From Eubacteriales bacterium (GTDB taxonomy: Bacteria; Bacillota; Clostridia; Lachnospirales; Lachnospiraceae): 64,000 bases of DNA. This document shows, piece after piece, positions 10,140 to 19,812 of the stretch (position 1 is its first letter; each line of letters opens with the position of its first letter). The DNA lies in contig JAUNJN010000002.1 of NCBI GenBank assembly GCA_030533235.1, positions 1,462 to 65,461 of the forward strand. Direction: 5' to 3'. The translations under genes were made by a program, and so were the position numbers. The notes below the pieces were generated by a model. The model had not been told where the DNA came from, did no database searches, and saw only the letters and a list, made by a program, of their open reading frames with translations.

Positions 10140-10807
10140 TCAAACTTATACCCCACATTTCGCACTGTGACAATCATACTACCCGACTCACCAAGCTTCT
10201 TCCTGAGTGTTTTGATATGCATATCAACCGTTCTTGTTTCTCCTGCAAATAATGTGTCCCAAACAGTTTCCATTATCACATCTCGCGTAAGAACGATTCC
10301 GACATTCGATAAAAACATCCGCAAAAGCTCGTACTCCTTATAGGTAAGCTCTACCGACTGCCCGTCAACCAGACATACTCTTCGTTCCTGATCCAAAACA
10401 ATCGTCTTATATTTTAGTACAACATCATCACTCATCGGCTTGATACGTCTTAGAATTGCCTTCACTCTTGACATAAGCTCCATGACGCCAAACGGCTTTG
10501 TAATATAATCATCCGCCCCTTGGTCAAGTCCCTTCACCGTATCAATTTCCGTTGATTTTGCAGTAACCATAATAATTGGCAGTGCCTTTGTCGACGCATT
10601 TGCACGCAGTCGCTTTAATATAGACAAGCCATCCTCGCCGGGCAACATAATATCAAGCAAAAGCAAATCCGGAAGGATTTCCTTCATAGCCGCATCAAAG
10701 GAAGGTGCGTCTCCAAACACACGTACATCGTATCCGCTTCCCTTTAGCGCATAGCTTTCAATTTCCTGTATGTTTTTATCATCTTCCACAATATAAATCA
10801 GTGCCAT
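10136..10807 (-). CDS. phoB: PhoB/PhoP-like OmpR-family response regulator
   Basis: VEDD, LLDIMLP, GADDYITKPF, RTVDMHI, TVRNVGY; pst context. Confidence 0.8.
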   Translation of the reverse strand: MALIYIVEDDKNIQEIESYALKGSGYDVRVFGDAPSFDAAMKEILPDLLLLDIMLPGEDGLSILKRLRANASTKALPIIMVTAKSTEIDTVKGLDQGADDYITKPFGVMELMSRVKAILRRIKPMSDDVVLKYKTIVLDQERRVCLVDGQSVELTYKEYELLRMFLSNVGIVLTRDVIMETVWDTLFAGETRTVDMHIKTLRKKLGESGSMIVTVRNVGYKFE

Positions 10808-10889
10808 TTTAATCAACTTCCTTTTATCTCGAAACCGTTTAACCTGTTTTCTTTGTTATTGTATCAACTATTTGAAGAAAATTCATTAA

Positions 10890-12641
10890 CTATAACGCAT
10901 ATTTTTCCTGATAACTTCCAAGCAGCTCCTTATACAGCTCATCGCCCTCTTTCAAATTACGGACATACTGATGCAATGCATACTCATCGGTTCCGTTTGC
11001 AAGCTCTTCCTCTGCAATATTCGAGCAATGCTTCGCGATACGTTCCAACGACGTTACCATATCAGTAAGTGCCATTCCAAGCTCCACCGAGCATTTTCCC
11101 TTTGCCAACCGCTTGTTATGATTTTTTCGAATTTCCTTTTTTAAATCACCGATTACATCCGCAAGCGGATCAATCCGAAGTACAGTATCCATATCGTCAT
11201 GCACAAAACACCTTACGGTATATTCGACAATTTCAAGTGTTGCCTCGAAAATCATCTTAGCCTCCTGTGTCGCTTTCTTTGAAAAACTCTCACCCTTTGC
11301 CTGAAGCTTTTTCTGCGCATATGCAATTCCCTTTGCATAATCGGATATCCGCTCAAAGTCAATCAGACATTTTCCATACATGCTGACCGCTTTGCTGTCT
11401 TTTTCGGATAACGGCTTTGACGATAGCTTTGTCAGGTATGCTGACAGCTCATCCTCTTTTTTGTCAACCTCGTCCTCAATCTCGATTATTTTGTTAACCG
11501 AGTCTTCATCATACGCATCTTGTACAAATACACATAACCCAATTGCACGCTCAACACTTTCCGCAATGTCACACAACGCACTCTTACATTGTGCAACCGC
11601 AAAAGCCGGTCGTTCCAAGAAACGTTCGTCAAGCACCTTACATCCTTCCTCGCTTCCTTCATCCTCTTTCCGCGGAATCGTAAAATATGCAAGTTTTTCA
11701 ATAATACCGGATGCCGGAAGCAAAACCAACGTTGCCGCTACATTAAATATGCTGTGTATGATTGCAATTGTTGCTACACTTGCTGTATCTTTCAAAAACG
11801 AAAAACGAAGAAACGAATTCAGTGCGTAAAAGACGACCATAAAAATAGTCGTACCAATCAAATTGAAATACAAATGCACCAAGGATGCACGTCTTGCATT
11901 CTTACTTGCACCAACACCGGATATTAATGCCGTTACGCATGTACCGATATTTTGTCCCATAATAACCGGAAGCGCAGCACCGACAGACACACTCCCCGTC
12001 GTACACATTGCCTGCAAAATACCGACCGATGCTGACGAGCTTTGAATGATTGCAGTTAACACGGCACCAACCAGCATTCCGACAAACGGATTTTCAAAGG
12101 CTGTAAAGAGGGAGGTAAACTGTGGTATGTCCGCAAGCGGTTTTACTGCCCCACTCATCGTTTCCATACCAAACATCAACACGGCAAATCCAATCATAAT
12201 CGTACCAATGTCATTTTTGCGTGTTTCTTTCACGAACATAATAAGAATAATTCCGACAAGTGCCAAAACCGGCGAAAACGAAGACGGCTTCAAAAGTCGG
12301 ATCAAAAAGTTTCCACTCTCAATTCCGGTAAGACTTAATAGCCAAGAGGTTATGGTCGTACCGATATTAGCCCCCATGATGACACCAACTGCCTGACTAA
12401 GCTGCATAATACCGGAATTTACAAAACCGACTACCATAACGGTTGTCGCTGAGGATGACTGAATCACTGCAGTCACGCCGGCTCCGAGCAAAACCGCCTT
12501 GAGCGGGTTATTTGTCATACGCTCCAAAACCCGCTCAAGCTTACCGCCCGCAAGCTTTGACAACGCATCACCCATTGTCTTCATTCCATATAAAAATAAT
12601 GCAAGACCACCTACCATTGTAAGTATATTAAAAAAATCCAT
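10890..12641 (-). CDS. Na+/Pi cotransporter with C-terminal PhoU-like domains
   Basis: Two QSSSA repeats, GANIGTT/GQNIGT, C-terminal ERISD/ERIAKH helices; start moved to ATG 12641. Confidence 0.9.
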   Translation of the reverse strand: MDFFNILTMVGGLALFLYGMKTMGDALSKLAGGKLERVLERMTNNPLKAVLLGAGVTAVIQSSSATTVMVVGFVNSGIMQLSQAVGVIMGANIGTTITSWLLSLTGIESGNFLIRLLKPSSFSPVLALVGIILIMFVKETRKNDIGTIMIGFAVLMFGMETMSGAVKPLADIPQFTSLFTAFENPFVGMLVGAVLTAIIQSSSASVGILQAMCTTGSVSVGAALPVIMGQNIGTCVTALISGVGASKNARRASLVHLYFNLIGTTIFMVVFYALNSFLRFSFLKDTASVATIAIIHSIFNVAATLVLLPASGIIEKLAYFTIPRKEDEGSEEGCKVLDERFLERPAFAVAQCKSALCDIAESVERAIGLCVFVQDAYDEDSVNKIIEIEDEVDKKEDELSAYLTKLSSKPLSEKDSKAVSMYGKCLIDFERISDYAKGIAYAQKKLQAKGESFSKKATQEAKMIFEATLEIVEYTVRCFVHDDMDTVLRIDPLADVIGDLKKEIRKNHNKRLAKGKCSVELGMALTDMVTSLERIAKHCSNIAEEELANGTDEYALHQYVRNLKEGDELYKELLGSYQEKYAL

Positions 12642-12696
12642 GTGATTGTTCCTCCCTTTTATCAAGAATACCCACAATCACATGGTAAAAAACACT

Positions 12697-12736
12697 TGTA
12701 AAATGCAAAAGATAGTTTATGTAAAATCTATGTAAA
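12697..12736 (-). promoter_or_regulatory. Pho-box-like array upstream of the Na/Pi cotransporter
   Basis: Minus strand TTTACA-N5-TTTACA-N17-TTTACA (plus-strand TGTAAA at 12697, 12720, 12731). Confidence 0.7.
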
Positions 12737-12738
12737 AT

Positions 12739-12909
12739 TTAGGAGTCTTTTAAGACTCGAAATGCAATACAAATGAATGTCAAAACACCTGCGAATGCAC
12801 TGATTCCGATTCCAACTCTGCAGAATGCCAAAAGAGCGGAGACAAAAATCGGACATACAGCCAAAAGCGTCCATACGAGTCCTTTGTTTCTTTCATTCTT
12901 ATGCTTCAC
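12739..12909 (-). CDS. Small two-TM membrane protein, 56 aa (absent from the ORF track)
   Basis: GTG start with GGGGGA RBS directly after the phoU stop; MKHKNERNKGLVWTLLAVCPIFVSALLAFCRVGIGISAFAGVLTFICIAFRVLKDS. Confidence 0.6.
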   Translation of the reverse strand: MKHKNERNKGLVWTLLAVCPIFVSALLAFCRVGIGISAFAGVLTFICIAFRVLKDS

Positions 12910-12921
12910 CTCAAATCCCCC

Positions 12922-13572
12922 CTAATCCTTCGGAAATTCGCCTGTTATGGAAAACAATACCCATTCTGCAATATTTGTAGCATGATCACCGATCCGCTCA
13001 AAATATTTTGCTACCATAAGTAAATCCAGCTCCTGCATCGCATTTGTATTATTTGTTTTAATATATTTTGCAATCGAGGATTTAACTGCAAGAAACAGGC
13101 TGTCAACAGCATCATCTTTTGCTATTACCTGCTTTGCTTTTTCAGCATTATCCTCCGCAAATGCATCCACAGCCATAATCAACATATCAATTGTCTCTTT
13201 TGACATCTGCTCCACGATTTTAATTTCCTCCGGATACGGCTCACAGCTCATCAAAATCGTAAGCTCCGAAATATCCGTTCCGTGATCTCCAATTCGTTCC
13301 ATATCCGTGATCATTTTTAATGCTGCCGAAACTGCCCTTAAATCCTTTGCCACCGGTTGTTGTGTCAAAAGCAGGGTGTAACACACCTGCGAAATAAGCC
13401 GCACCTCGGCATCGACCTTCTCATCTCTTGATGTGATGTCTCTGGCTTTTTCTGCATCCTGCTTTGCAAGGGCGCAAATCGTTTCCTTAATTATTTCCTC
13501 AATCATGCTTCCCAAAAGAAGCATATGATTTTTCAATTCCTTTAACTGTATATCATAATTAATTCTTGCCAT
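12922..13572 (-). CDS. phoU: Phosphate signalling protein PhoU
   Basis: QQPVAKDLR, DMERIGDH, ERIGDHATNIAEW. Confidence 0.95.
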   Translation of the reverse strand: MARINYDIQLKELKNHMLLLGSMIEEIIKETICALAKQDAEKARDITSRDEKVDAEVRLISQVCYTLLLTQQPVAKDLRAVSAALKMITDMERIGDHGTDISELTILMSCEPYPEEIKIVEQMSKETIDMLIMAVDAFAEDNAEKAKQVIAKDDAVDSLFLAVKSSIAKYIKTNNTNAMQELDLLMVAKYFERIGDHATNIAEWVLFSITGEFPKD

Positions 13573-13584
13573 AACAAACCTCCG

Positions 13585-14334
13585 TTAGCCGAATCGACCT
13601 GTAATATAGTCCTCTGTCCGCAAGTCACTTGGCATGGAAAAAAGTTTCTCGGTTTGCCCAAACTCAACCATGTCCCCCAACAGGAAAAACGCCGTATTAT
13701 CCGAAATTCTTGCCGCCTGCTGCATATTATGTGTAACAATAATAATTGTGTATTTGCTCTTTAGCTCTAAAACAAGATCTTCAATTTTGGATGTTGAAAT
13801 CGGATCCAGCGCACTTGTCGGCTCATCCATCAAAAGCACTTCGGGTGAAACCGCGAGTGCTCTTGCTATACAAAGTCTTTGTTGCTGTCCGCCACTTAAG
13901 CCAAGCGCACTCCTTTTTAATCGATCCTTGCATTCATCCCAGATTGCTGCCTGTTTTAGTGAACGTTCAACAATCTCATCCAATGTTCCCTTGTTTTTAA
14001 TTCCGTGTGTTCTTGGTCCAAATGCAATATTATCGTAAATACTCATTGGAAACGGATTGGGACTTTGAAATACCATGCCCACTCTTTTCCGTAGTGTGGT
14101 AACATCAAAATCATCATAAATATCTTCTCCGTCCAACATTAAAGTCCCCTCAATTTTACAATCCGGGACCAAATCATTCATTCGATTTAATGTCTTTAGA
14201 AACGTAGACTTTCCGCATCCGCTCGGACCGATAAAGGCCGTCACCTCGTGTTCCGGTATATTCATGTCAATTCCCTTTAATGCATGGAAGGAACCATAAT
14301 GAAGATTGAGATTTTTTATAACAAATTTATCCAT
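13585..14334 (-). CDS. pstB: Phosphate ABC transporter ATPase
   Basis: [30 protein letters not shown]. Confidence 0.96.
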   Translation of the reverse strand: MDKFVIKNLNLHYGSFHALKGIDMNIPEHEVTAFIGPSGCGKSTFLKTLNRMNDLVPDCKIEGTLMLDGEDIYDDFDVTTLRKRVGMVFQSPNPFPMSIYDNIAFGPRTHGIKNKGTLDEIVERSLKQAAIWDECKDRLKRSALGLSGGQQQRLCIARALAVSPEVLLMDEPTSALDPISTSKIEDLVLELKSKYTIIIVTHNMQQAARISDNTAFFLLGDMVEFGQTEKLFSMPSDLRTEDYITGRFG

Positions 14335-14335
14335 A

Positions 14336-15196
14336 CTATACTTCCTTTTTCTTTTTATAATGATGCTTTACAAGCTCTGCACTTAAATTCACGAGTACAG
14401 CAAGCACAAGTAAAATCACGGCAATGGAAAATGCAACCTGAAACTCCCCCTGTTCCTTGGCATACACATAAAGTGCAACCGTTAATGTCGCTCCTGAGCT
14501 TGTAATCCCATCCATAAATCCATGAAGAGCATGTGCAAATCCGGCTGTAAATAAAAGTGCTGCCGATTCCCCTAAGATTCTACCTGCCGATAAAATACAA
14601 CCTGTAAGAATACCATCCATGCATTCCGGAATAACAATCGTTCGAACAACTCTCCATTTTGATGCCCCAAGACCATATGCACCTTCCCGAAGTCCGGTTT
14701 GCACAGAAAGCAAGCTTTCTCTCGTTGTTCGCATAATAGTCGGAAGGTTCATCATAACAAGCGTAAGTGCACCTGCAAGCAGGCTCGTCTGCATATTAAG
14801 GAGCCTGCAGAAAAACAGCATACCGACGAGTCCATAAATAATAGACGGAATACCTGACAATATTTCTGCTGCATAGTCGATCGTTTTTACAAGCTTATGA
14901 TTACTTGCGTACTCACTTAAATAAACCGCTGCGCCAACTCCAAGCGGAAGCAAGATCACAATTGCAACCACAAGTAAATACACCGTATTTAATATATCCG
15001 GCAGAATTCCGATATTTCCGGAAAGATAGCTCGGCTTTGTCGTAAGAAAATTAACACTGAGACCTTTGATACCCTGCATCAATACGTAACCGATTACAAA
15101 CACTAAAATCAGGCATGTAATGATCGTGCACACATACATAATCATTTTCCACAGCATTTCCTTACTCCTGCGTTTCTTTTCAAAGTTCGTTTTCAT
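14336..15196 (-). CDS. pstA: Phosphate ABC transporter permease
   Basis: [26 protein letters not shown]. Confidence 0.92.
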   Translation of the reverse strand: MKTNFEKKRRSKEMLWKMIMYVCTIITCLILVFVIGYVLMQGIKGLSVNFLTTKPSYLSGNIGILPDILNTVYLLVVAIVILLPLGVGAAVYLSEYASNHKLVKTIDYAAEILSGIPSIIYGLVGMLFFCRLLNMQTSLLAGALTLVMMNLPTIMRTTRESLLSVQTGLREGAYGLGASKWRVVRTIVIPECMDGILTGCILSAGRILGESAALLFTAGFAHALHGFMDGITSSGATLTVALYVYAKEQGEFQVAFSIAVILLVLAVLVNLSAELVKHHYKKKKEV

Positions 15197-16059
15197 GATT
15201 TGTTTTCACCTCCTGCCATCACCTTGCGAAGCAAAAGGTTAATCATCATAATAAAGACGAATAACACAAGCGCTATGGAAAACAATGCCTGTTTCTGTAA
15301 TCCGGATGCATAAGACATTTCCGATGCAACAGCCGTTGTAAGAAATCTTACAGAGCCAAACAGCTTCGGCATGTTTGCAACATTACCGGAAACCATCATG
15401 ACTGCCATTGCTTCCCCAATTGCTCTTCCGACACCTAACACAACCGATGCCATAATTCCTGATTTTGCGGCCGGCACTGAAACCTTCAAATACGTCTCAC
15501 ACTCGGTTGCTCCAAGTGCAAGTGCTCCTGCTTCATACTTTTTCGGTACTGCATCAAGTGCGGTCATAGATACATTAATTATGGATGGTAAAATCATAAC
15601 AGCAAGAACAAGCATTGCTGCAAACAATGTTGCACCGTCTGCAATGTGAAACGCCTTACGAATCCAAGGAACCAGAACCAGCATTCCCACCAAGCCATAT
15701 ACAACAGACGGAATTGACGCAAGTAATGATACAACAAAAGAAACAACCTTTTTTACCGAAACCGGTGCAAATTTTGAAAGATACACTGCTGTAAAAAAAC
15801 CAACCGGAACACCGATTAAAATCGCGCCGCATGTTCCATATACACTCGTTAATATAAACGGGAGAATTCCATATTCTGCTTCTTTTGCGGTGGAAGCCCA
15901 TGTCTTACCAAACAAAAAATCAACAATTCCTATTTCTTTTATTGCAGGGATTCCTGATATTATCAAATAAACAGTAATCACACATACACTGGCGATTGTA
16001 ATAAGTCCACACAGTAAGAAGAATCCCTGCATCACCTTATCAACAGCTTTATTCATCAC
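15193..16059 (-). CDS. pstC: Phosphate ABC transporter permease
   Basis: LASIPSVVYGL, GRAIGEAMAV. Confidence 0.92.
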   Translation of the reverse strand: MMNKAVDKVMQGFFLLCGLITIASVCVITVYLIISGIPAIKEIGIVDFLFGKTWASTAKEAEYGILPFILTSVYGTCGAILIGVPVGFFTAVYLSKFAPVSVKKVVSFVVSLLASIPSVVYGLVGMLVLVPWIRKAFHIADGATLFAAMLVLAVMILPSIINVSMTALDAVPKKYEAGALALGATECETYLKVSVPAAKSGIMASVVLGVGRAIGEAMAVMMVSGNVANMPKLFGSVRFLTTAVASEMSYASGLQKQALFSIALVLFVFIMMINLLLRKVMAGGENKS

Positions 16060-16071
16060 ATAACCCCAACA

Positions 16072-16884
16072 CTAGTTTGCCGGTACAACTCCTGCACCTT
16101 CAATAATTGACTTTGCATCCTTAGATATTGCATAGTCGAAAAATGCCTGTGCAGCCTCTGACAACTTCTGATCTTTCTTTGTTACTAAGACAAAAGGTCT
16201 TTGAATTGCATAGCTTCCATCAAGTACAGTCTCCGAACCAGGTGTCACTCCATCAACAGATACCATCGTAACCGATGTATCAACTGACGCAAGCGACGCA
16301 TATCCGATTGCATTTTCATTGCTTTTTACTGTTGCAATGACATCACCTGTGGATGTAAGTTCCTGACGAAGCTTGCATGCATCCTCTGTTTTTGTAATTG
16401 ACTCAAAGCCGTCTCTTGTACCACTTCCCGCTTCACGTCCGATGACTACGATTTCCGCATCTGCTCCACCAAGCTCAGACCAGTTTGTAATCTTCCCGGT
16501 GTAAATGTCTGCAATCTGCTCCAGCGTTAAATCGGAAACGGTATTATTTGTGTTGACAATGACTGCAATACCATCAATTGCAAGTACGGTTTCTTCCAAT
16601 CCCTGTTCCTTTTCCTCATCCTTTAAATGACGACTGGACAATCCAATATCACACGTACCGTTTGCAACGGCTGAAATACCGCTTCCGCTGCCGGTTGGAT
16701 TATAAGAGAATGTCACATCCGGATTTTTCTCCGTAAAATCTTCACCTAGTGCACCGATTACCTTTTCCATCGATGTAGAACCGTCTGTGGAAACCGTTCC
16801 CTTTGTTTTCTTTGTTCCGCATCCCGTCAAACCGACTGTCATCATACTAACTGCCAAAACAGCTGCCAAAAATCTCTTTTTCAT
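16072..16884 (-). CDS. pstS: Phosphate-binding lipoprotein
   Basis: Lipobox LTGC, DGSTS, TGSGSG, SSR, REAGSGTR, RPF. Confidence 0.93.
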   Translation of the reverse strand: MKKRFLAAVLAVSMMTVGLTGCGTKKTKGTVSTDGSTSMEKVIGALGEDFTEKNPDVTFSYNPTGSGSGISAVANGTCDIGLSSRHLKDEEKEQGLEETVLAIDGIAVIVNTNNTVSDLTLEQIADIYTGKITNWSELGGADAEIVVIGREAGSGTRDGFESITKTEDACKLRQELTSTGDVIATVKSNENAIGYASLASVDTSVTMVSVDGVTPGSETVLDGSYAIQRPFVLVTKKDQKLSEAAQAFFDYAISKDAKSIIEGAGVVPAN

Positions 16885-16943
16885 ACTTCATCCTCTTCTT
16901 TCTTTTTGTTTTGTAATTTACAAACTAAAGAATAAGGTTTCCA

Positions 16944-16983
16944 TGTAAAATTCAAAATCTTTTTGGCGTAAAAAGTATGTAAA
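16944..16983 (-). promoter_or_regulatory. Pho-box-like array upstream of pstS
   Basis: Minus strand TTTACA-N5-TTTACG-N17-TTTACA (plus-strand hexamers at 16978, 16967, 16944). Confidence 0.7.
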
Positions 16984-17003
16984 GATTTATATTATTCAAA
17001 AAC

Positions 17004-17030
17004 AAAAGCTGCCCATTTCGGACAGCTTTT
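17004..17030 (-). terminator. Intrinsic terminator after the DUF2130 gene
   Basis: AAAAGCTG.CC/GG.CAGCTTTT hairpin. Confidence 0.6.
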
Positions 17031-17058
17031 CTTCATACATATAATACACCATACGTTC

Positions 17059-18283
17059 CTATTCACTTTTCTTTAATTCATCAAACATCTCTCTTACCGA
17101 AGGAGCGTTTTTCGTCAGCTTTTTTATCGTCAGCTCCTCAGCCTTGTCATTTGCAAGGCGCAAATTGTTTTCAGAAGATAAAAGCTCCTTCTTAACCTTT
17201 TCAAGCTGTGCGATTGATTTGTCAATTTCTTCTATCGCCTTTTGGAATTTTTCACTTGCAAGTCGATAATTTCTTCCGAACTTATCCTTAAACTCACCGA
17301 GATTTTCTTCGAAATGAAGAATATCCAGCTGCTGATTACGAACAAAAGCGAGTTCTTGCTGATACTTGAGCGAATTAAGTGCTGCATTACGGAGAAGTGT
17401 AATCATCGGAATAAAAAATTGCGGACGAATCACATACATTTTTTCATAACGATACGATACATCTACGATTCCGCCATTATACAACTCATTGTCATTTTCA
17501 AGCGACGAAACAAGCACCGCATATTCACAGTTTTTCTCCTTACGGTCTTTGTCAAGCTCTTTAAAAAAATCTTCGTTTTTATGCTTGGATGCGGTCGTAT
17601 CCGATTCATTTTTCATCTCAAACATAATTGAAATAAATTCCGTGCCGTCTGCATCCGCCTCACGAAAAATAAAATCGCCCTTGCTACCGCTTTTTATATC
17701 ATTATCCTTTTCAAAATAAGCACTTGGAAATGCGGTCATACGAATCTGGTTAAACTGTGTCAGGCAATGCTGCTCTAAACTCTCTCCAACCATCTTGGTT
17801 GATTGACGAGCTTTAAAATCCTTATAAAATGCAATCTGTTCATCCTTTGCTGCAAGCTCATTTTTATACTTTAATTGCACTTTCCTTTAATTCACTCTCG
17901 GTCTTCTGATTTTTAAGCCTACCCTTTAACTCCGTAATTTCATTTTGACGCTCGGAAAGCTCTTTTTCTTTTGCAGAAACCGCTTCCGTTATTGCAAGCT
18001 TTTTCTCCATTTCAGACGATTGAATCTTTCCCTGCAATTCCAGAATCCTTCGTTCTGCATCCTGTAACTTGGCATCCTTTTTTGCAAGTGCCTCATCGTG
18101 TGCGTGTTTCTGCTCAAGTCTGATTATCTCGAGTTCCCTTTGCTTATTTTCAGCAAACTGTTTCTCGCGCTGTTCCAATTCTTTTGTAAATTCCCTGTCG
18201 CGTACCTGGGACAATATTTGGGCATACCCAGACTCATCAACCTGAAATACCTCTCCGCAATTTGGACATTTGATCTCCTGCAT
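17059..18283 (-). pseudogene. DUF2130-family coiled-coil protein split by a frameshift near 17870
   Basis: N-part (CPNCG zinc knuckle, coiled coil) ends ..SAIKV*; C-part (STKMVGESLEQHC, KGDFIFR, FEMKNE) continues in another frame at ATT AAA G|TAT. Confidence 0.75.
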
Positions 18284-18294
18284 AAAATCTTCCT

Positions 18295-19776
18295 TTATTT
18301 CTTTTCGCCTAATACTTTCTCTAACTCATCAATGACGATCCGAAGTGCCTTAATACGTGCATATTTTTTGTCAACCGACTCAAGAACATGCCATGGTGCA
18401 TAGCTTGTACTCGTTTTTTGAATCATTTCATTTACAGCCGTCTCATACTGATCCCATTTCTCACGATTACGCCAATCCTCGTCCGTAATCTTCCACTGCT
18501 TTTCCGGCGTATTCTGGCGATCTGTAAATCTGGCAAGCTGTGTATCTTTGTCTATATGCACCCAAAACTTGATAATTACTGCACCCCAATCACTAAGTTC
18601 CTTCTCAAACTCATTAATCTCATTGTATGCACGCTTCCAATCGTTTTCACTACAAAAGCCCTCGATTCGCTCAACCATAACACGTCCATACCAGGTACGG
18701 TCAAAAATTGCAATGTGTCCGGTCTTTGGAAGTCTTGTCCAAAAACGCCACAAATAATGCCTTGCCTTTTCATGCGGCTCCGGACTTGCAATCGGATGAA
18801 CCTCATAGCCGCGCGGATCGAGTGCACCGGTAATACGTTTGATGTTTCCTCCCTTTCCGGCAGCATCCCATCCCTCATATGCAACAACCACAGGGACTTT
18901 TTTTCGATACAAACGATTGTGTAATTCTCCCAACCGTTTTTGTAGTACATTTAACTCCGCTTTGTACGAAGCATCGTCCATTTGACAATTATCCAATGAT
19001 ATTTCAGACAATTTTGGCATATTTACCATCGGGAAAACATTCTGAAGGAGCGGAACTGCAAGACTTTGATTTTGTAGTGCGACTTCAATTCCCTGTGTTA
19101 TTATTTCCAAAATTTGAAGCTCTGCCCATTTTCTGGACTTTGCATCCACCATATACCATGGTGCCGCGGAGGTATTTGTATCCTCCAGATATTTGTCAAA
19201 TACTTCCATGTATTTCTCATAATGCTTGTTCTGCCAAGCATCATTTTTACTTACGCGCCATCTGGTATCCTTACTCTCAAGCAGTGACTCGATTCGTTTC
19301 TTTTGCTCCTTTTGAGACACATGACAGAAAAATTTTAATACAAGATATCCGTTATCGGTCAGCTGGCGCTCGAAACGTTTGATACTGGCAATCCGCTGTT
19401 CATAGAGACGGTCGTTCATCTTGCCGCTGATTCGGGCCACTACAACCTCATCCATCCAGCCGGAATCCATAAATACAAACTTGCCTGCCTCCGGAATCTT
19501 TTCGAAATAACGAAACAAGAACGGTTTTCTGCGTTCCTCCGATGATGGGGCATCCATTGAAAACACCTTAAAAAATCTCGGATCAATATTTTGAATAATA
19601 TTTCCAATTAAGCTGCCCTTTCCGGCAGTCCCCCAGCCCTCCATCAGAACGAGAACCGGAACTTTATGATTCTTTAACAGCATCTGTTGCGTAAATAATT
19701 TGTTTTGTGCAGCCTTCAGTCTCTCTTTTAATTCCACATCCTCCGGCTTACTTGGAAAAATGGCATTTTGAATCAT
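18295..19776 (-). CDS. Two-domain PPK2-family polyphosphate:AMP phosphotransferase
   Basis: Tandem PPK2 domains: EGWGTAGKG and EGWDAAGKGG, FDRTWYGRV, WKITDEDW. Confidence 0.9.
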   Translation of the reverse strand: MIQNAIFPSKPEDVELKERLKAAQNKLFTQQMLLKNHKVPVLVLMEGWGTAGKGSLIGNIIQNIDPRFFKVFSMDAPSSEERRKPFLFRYFEKIPEAGKFVFMDSGWMDEVVVARISGKMNDRLYEQRIASIKRFERQLTDNGYLVLKFFCHVSQKEQKKRIESLLESKDTRWRVSKNDAWQNKHYEKYMEVFDKYLEDTNTSAAPWYMVDAKSRKWAELQILEIITQGIEVALQNQSLAVPLLQNVFPMVNMPKLSEISLDNCQMDDASYKAELNVLQKRLGELHNRLYRKKVPVVVAYEGWDAAGKGGNIKRITGALDPRGYEVHPIASPEPHEKARHYLWRFWTRLPKTGHIAIFDRTWYGRVMVERIEGFCSENDWKRAYNEINEFEKELSDWGAVIIKFWVHIDKDTQLARFTDRQNTPEKQWKITDEDWRNREKWDQYETAVNEMIQKTSTSYAPWHVLESVDKKYARIKALRIVIDELEKVLGEKK

Positions 19777-19812
19777 AGAATTACCCCCTTTTATCCTATA
19801 CCCCTGCTACTT

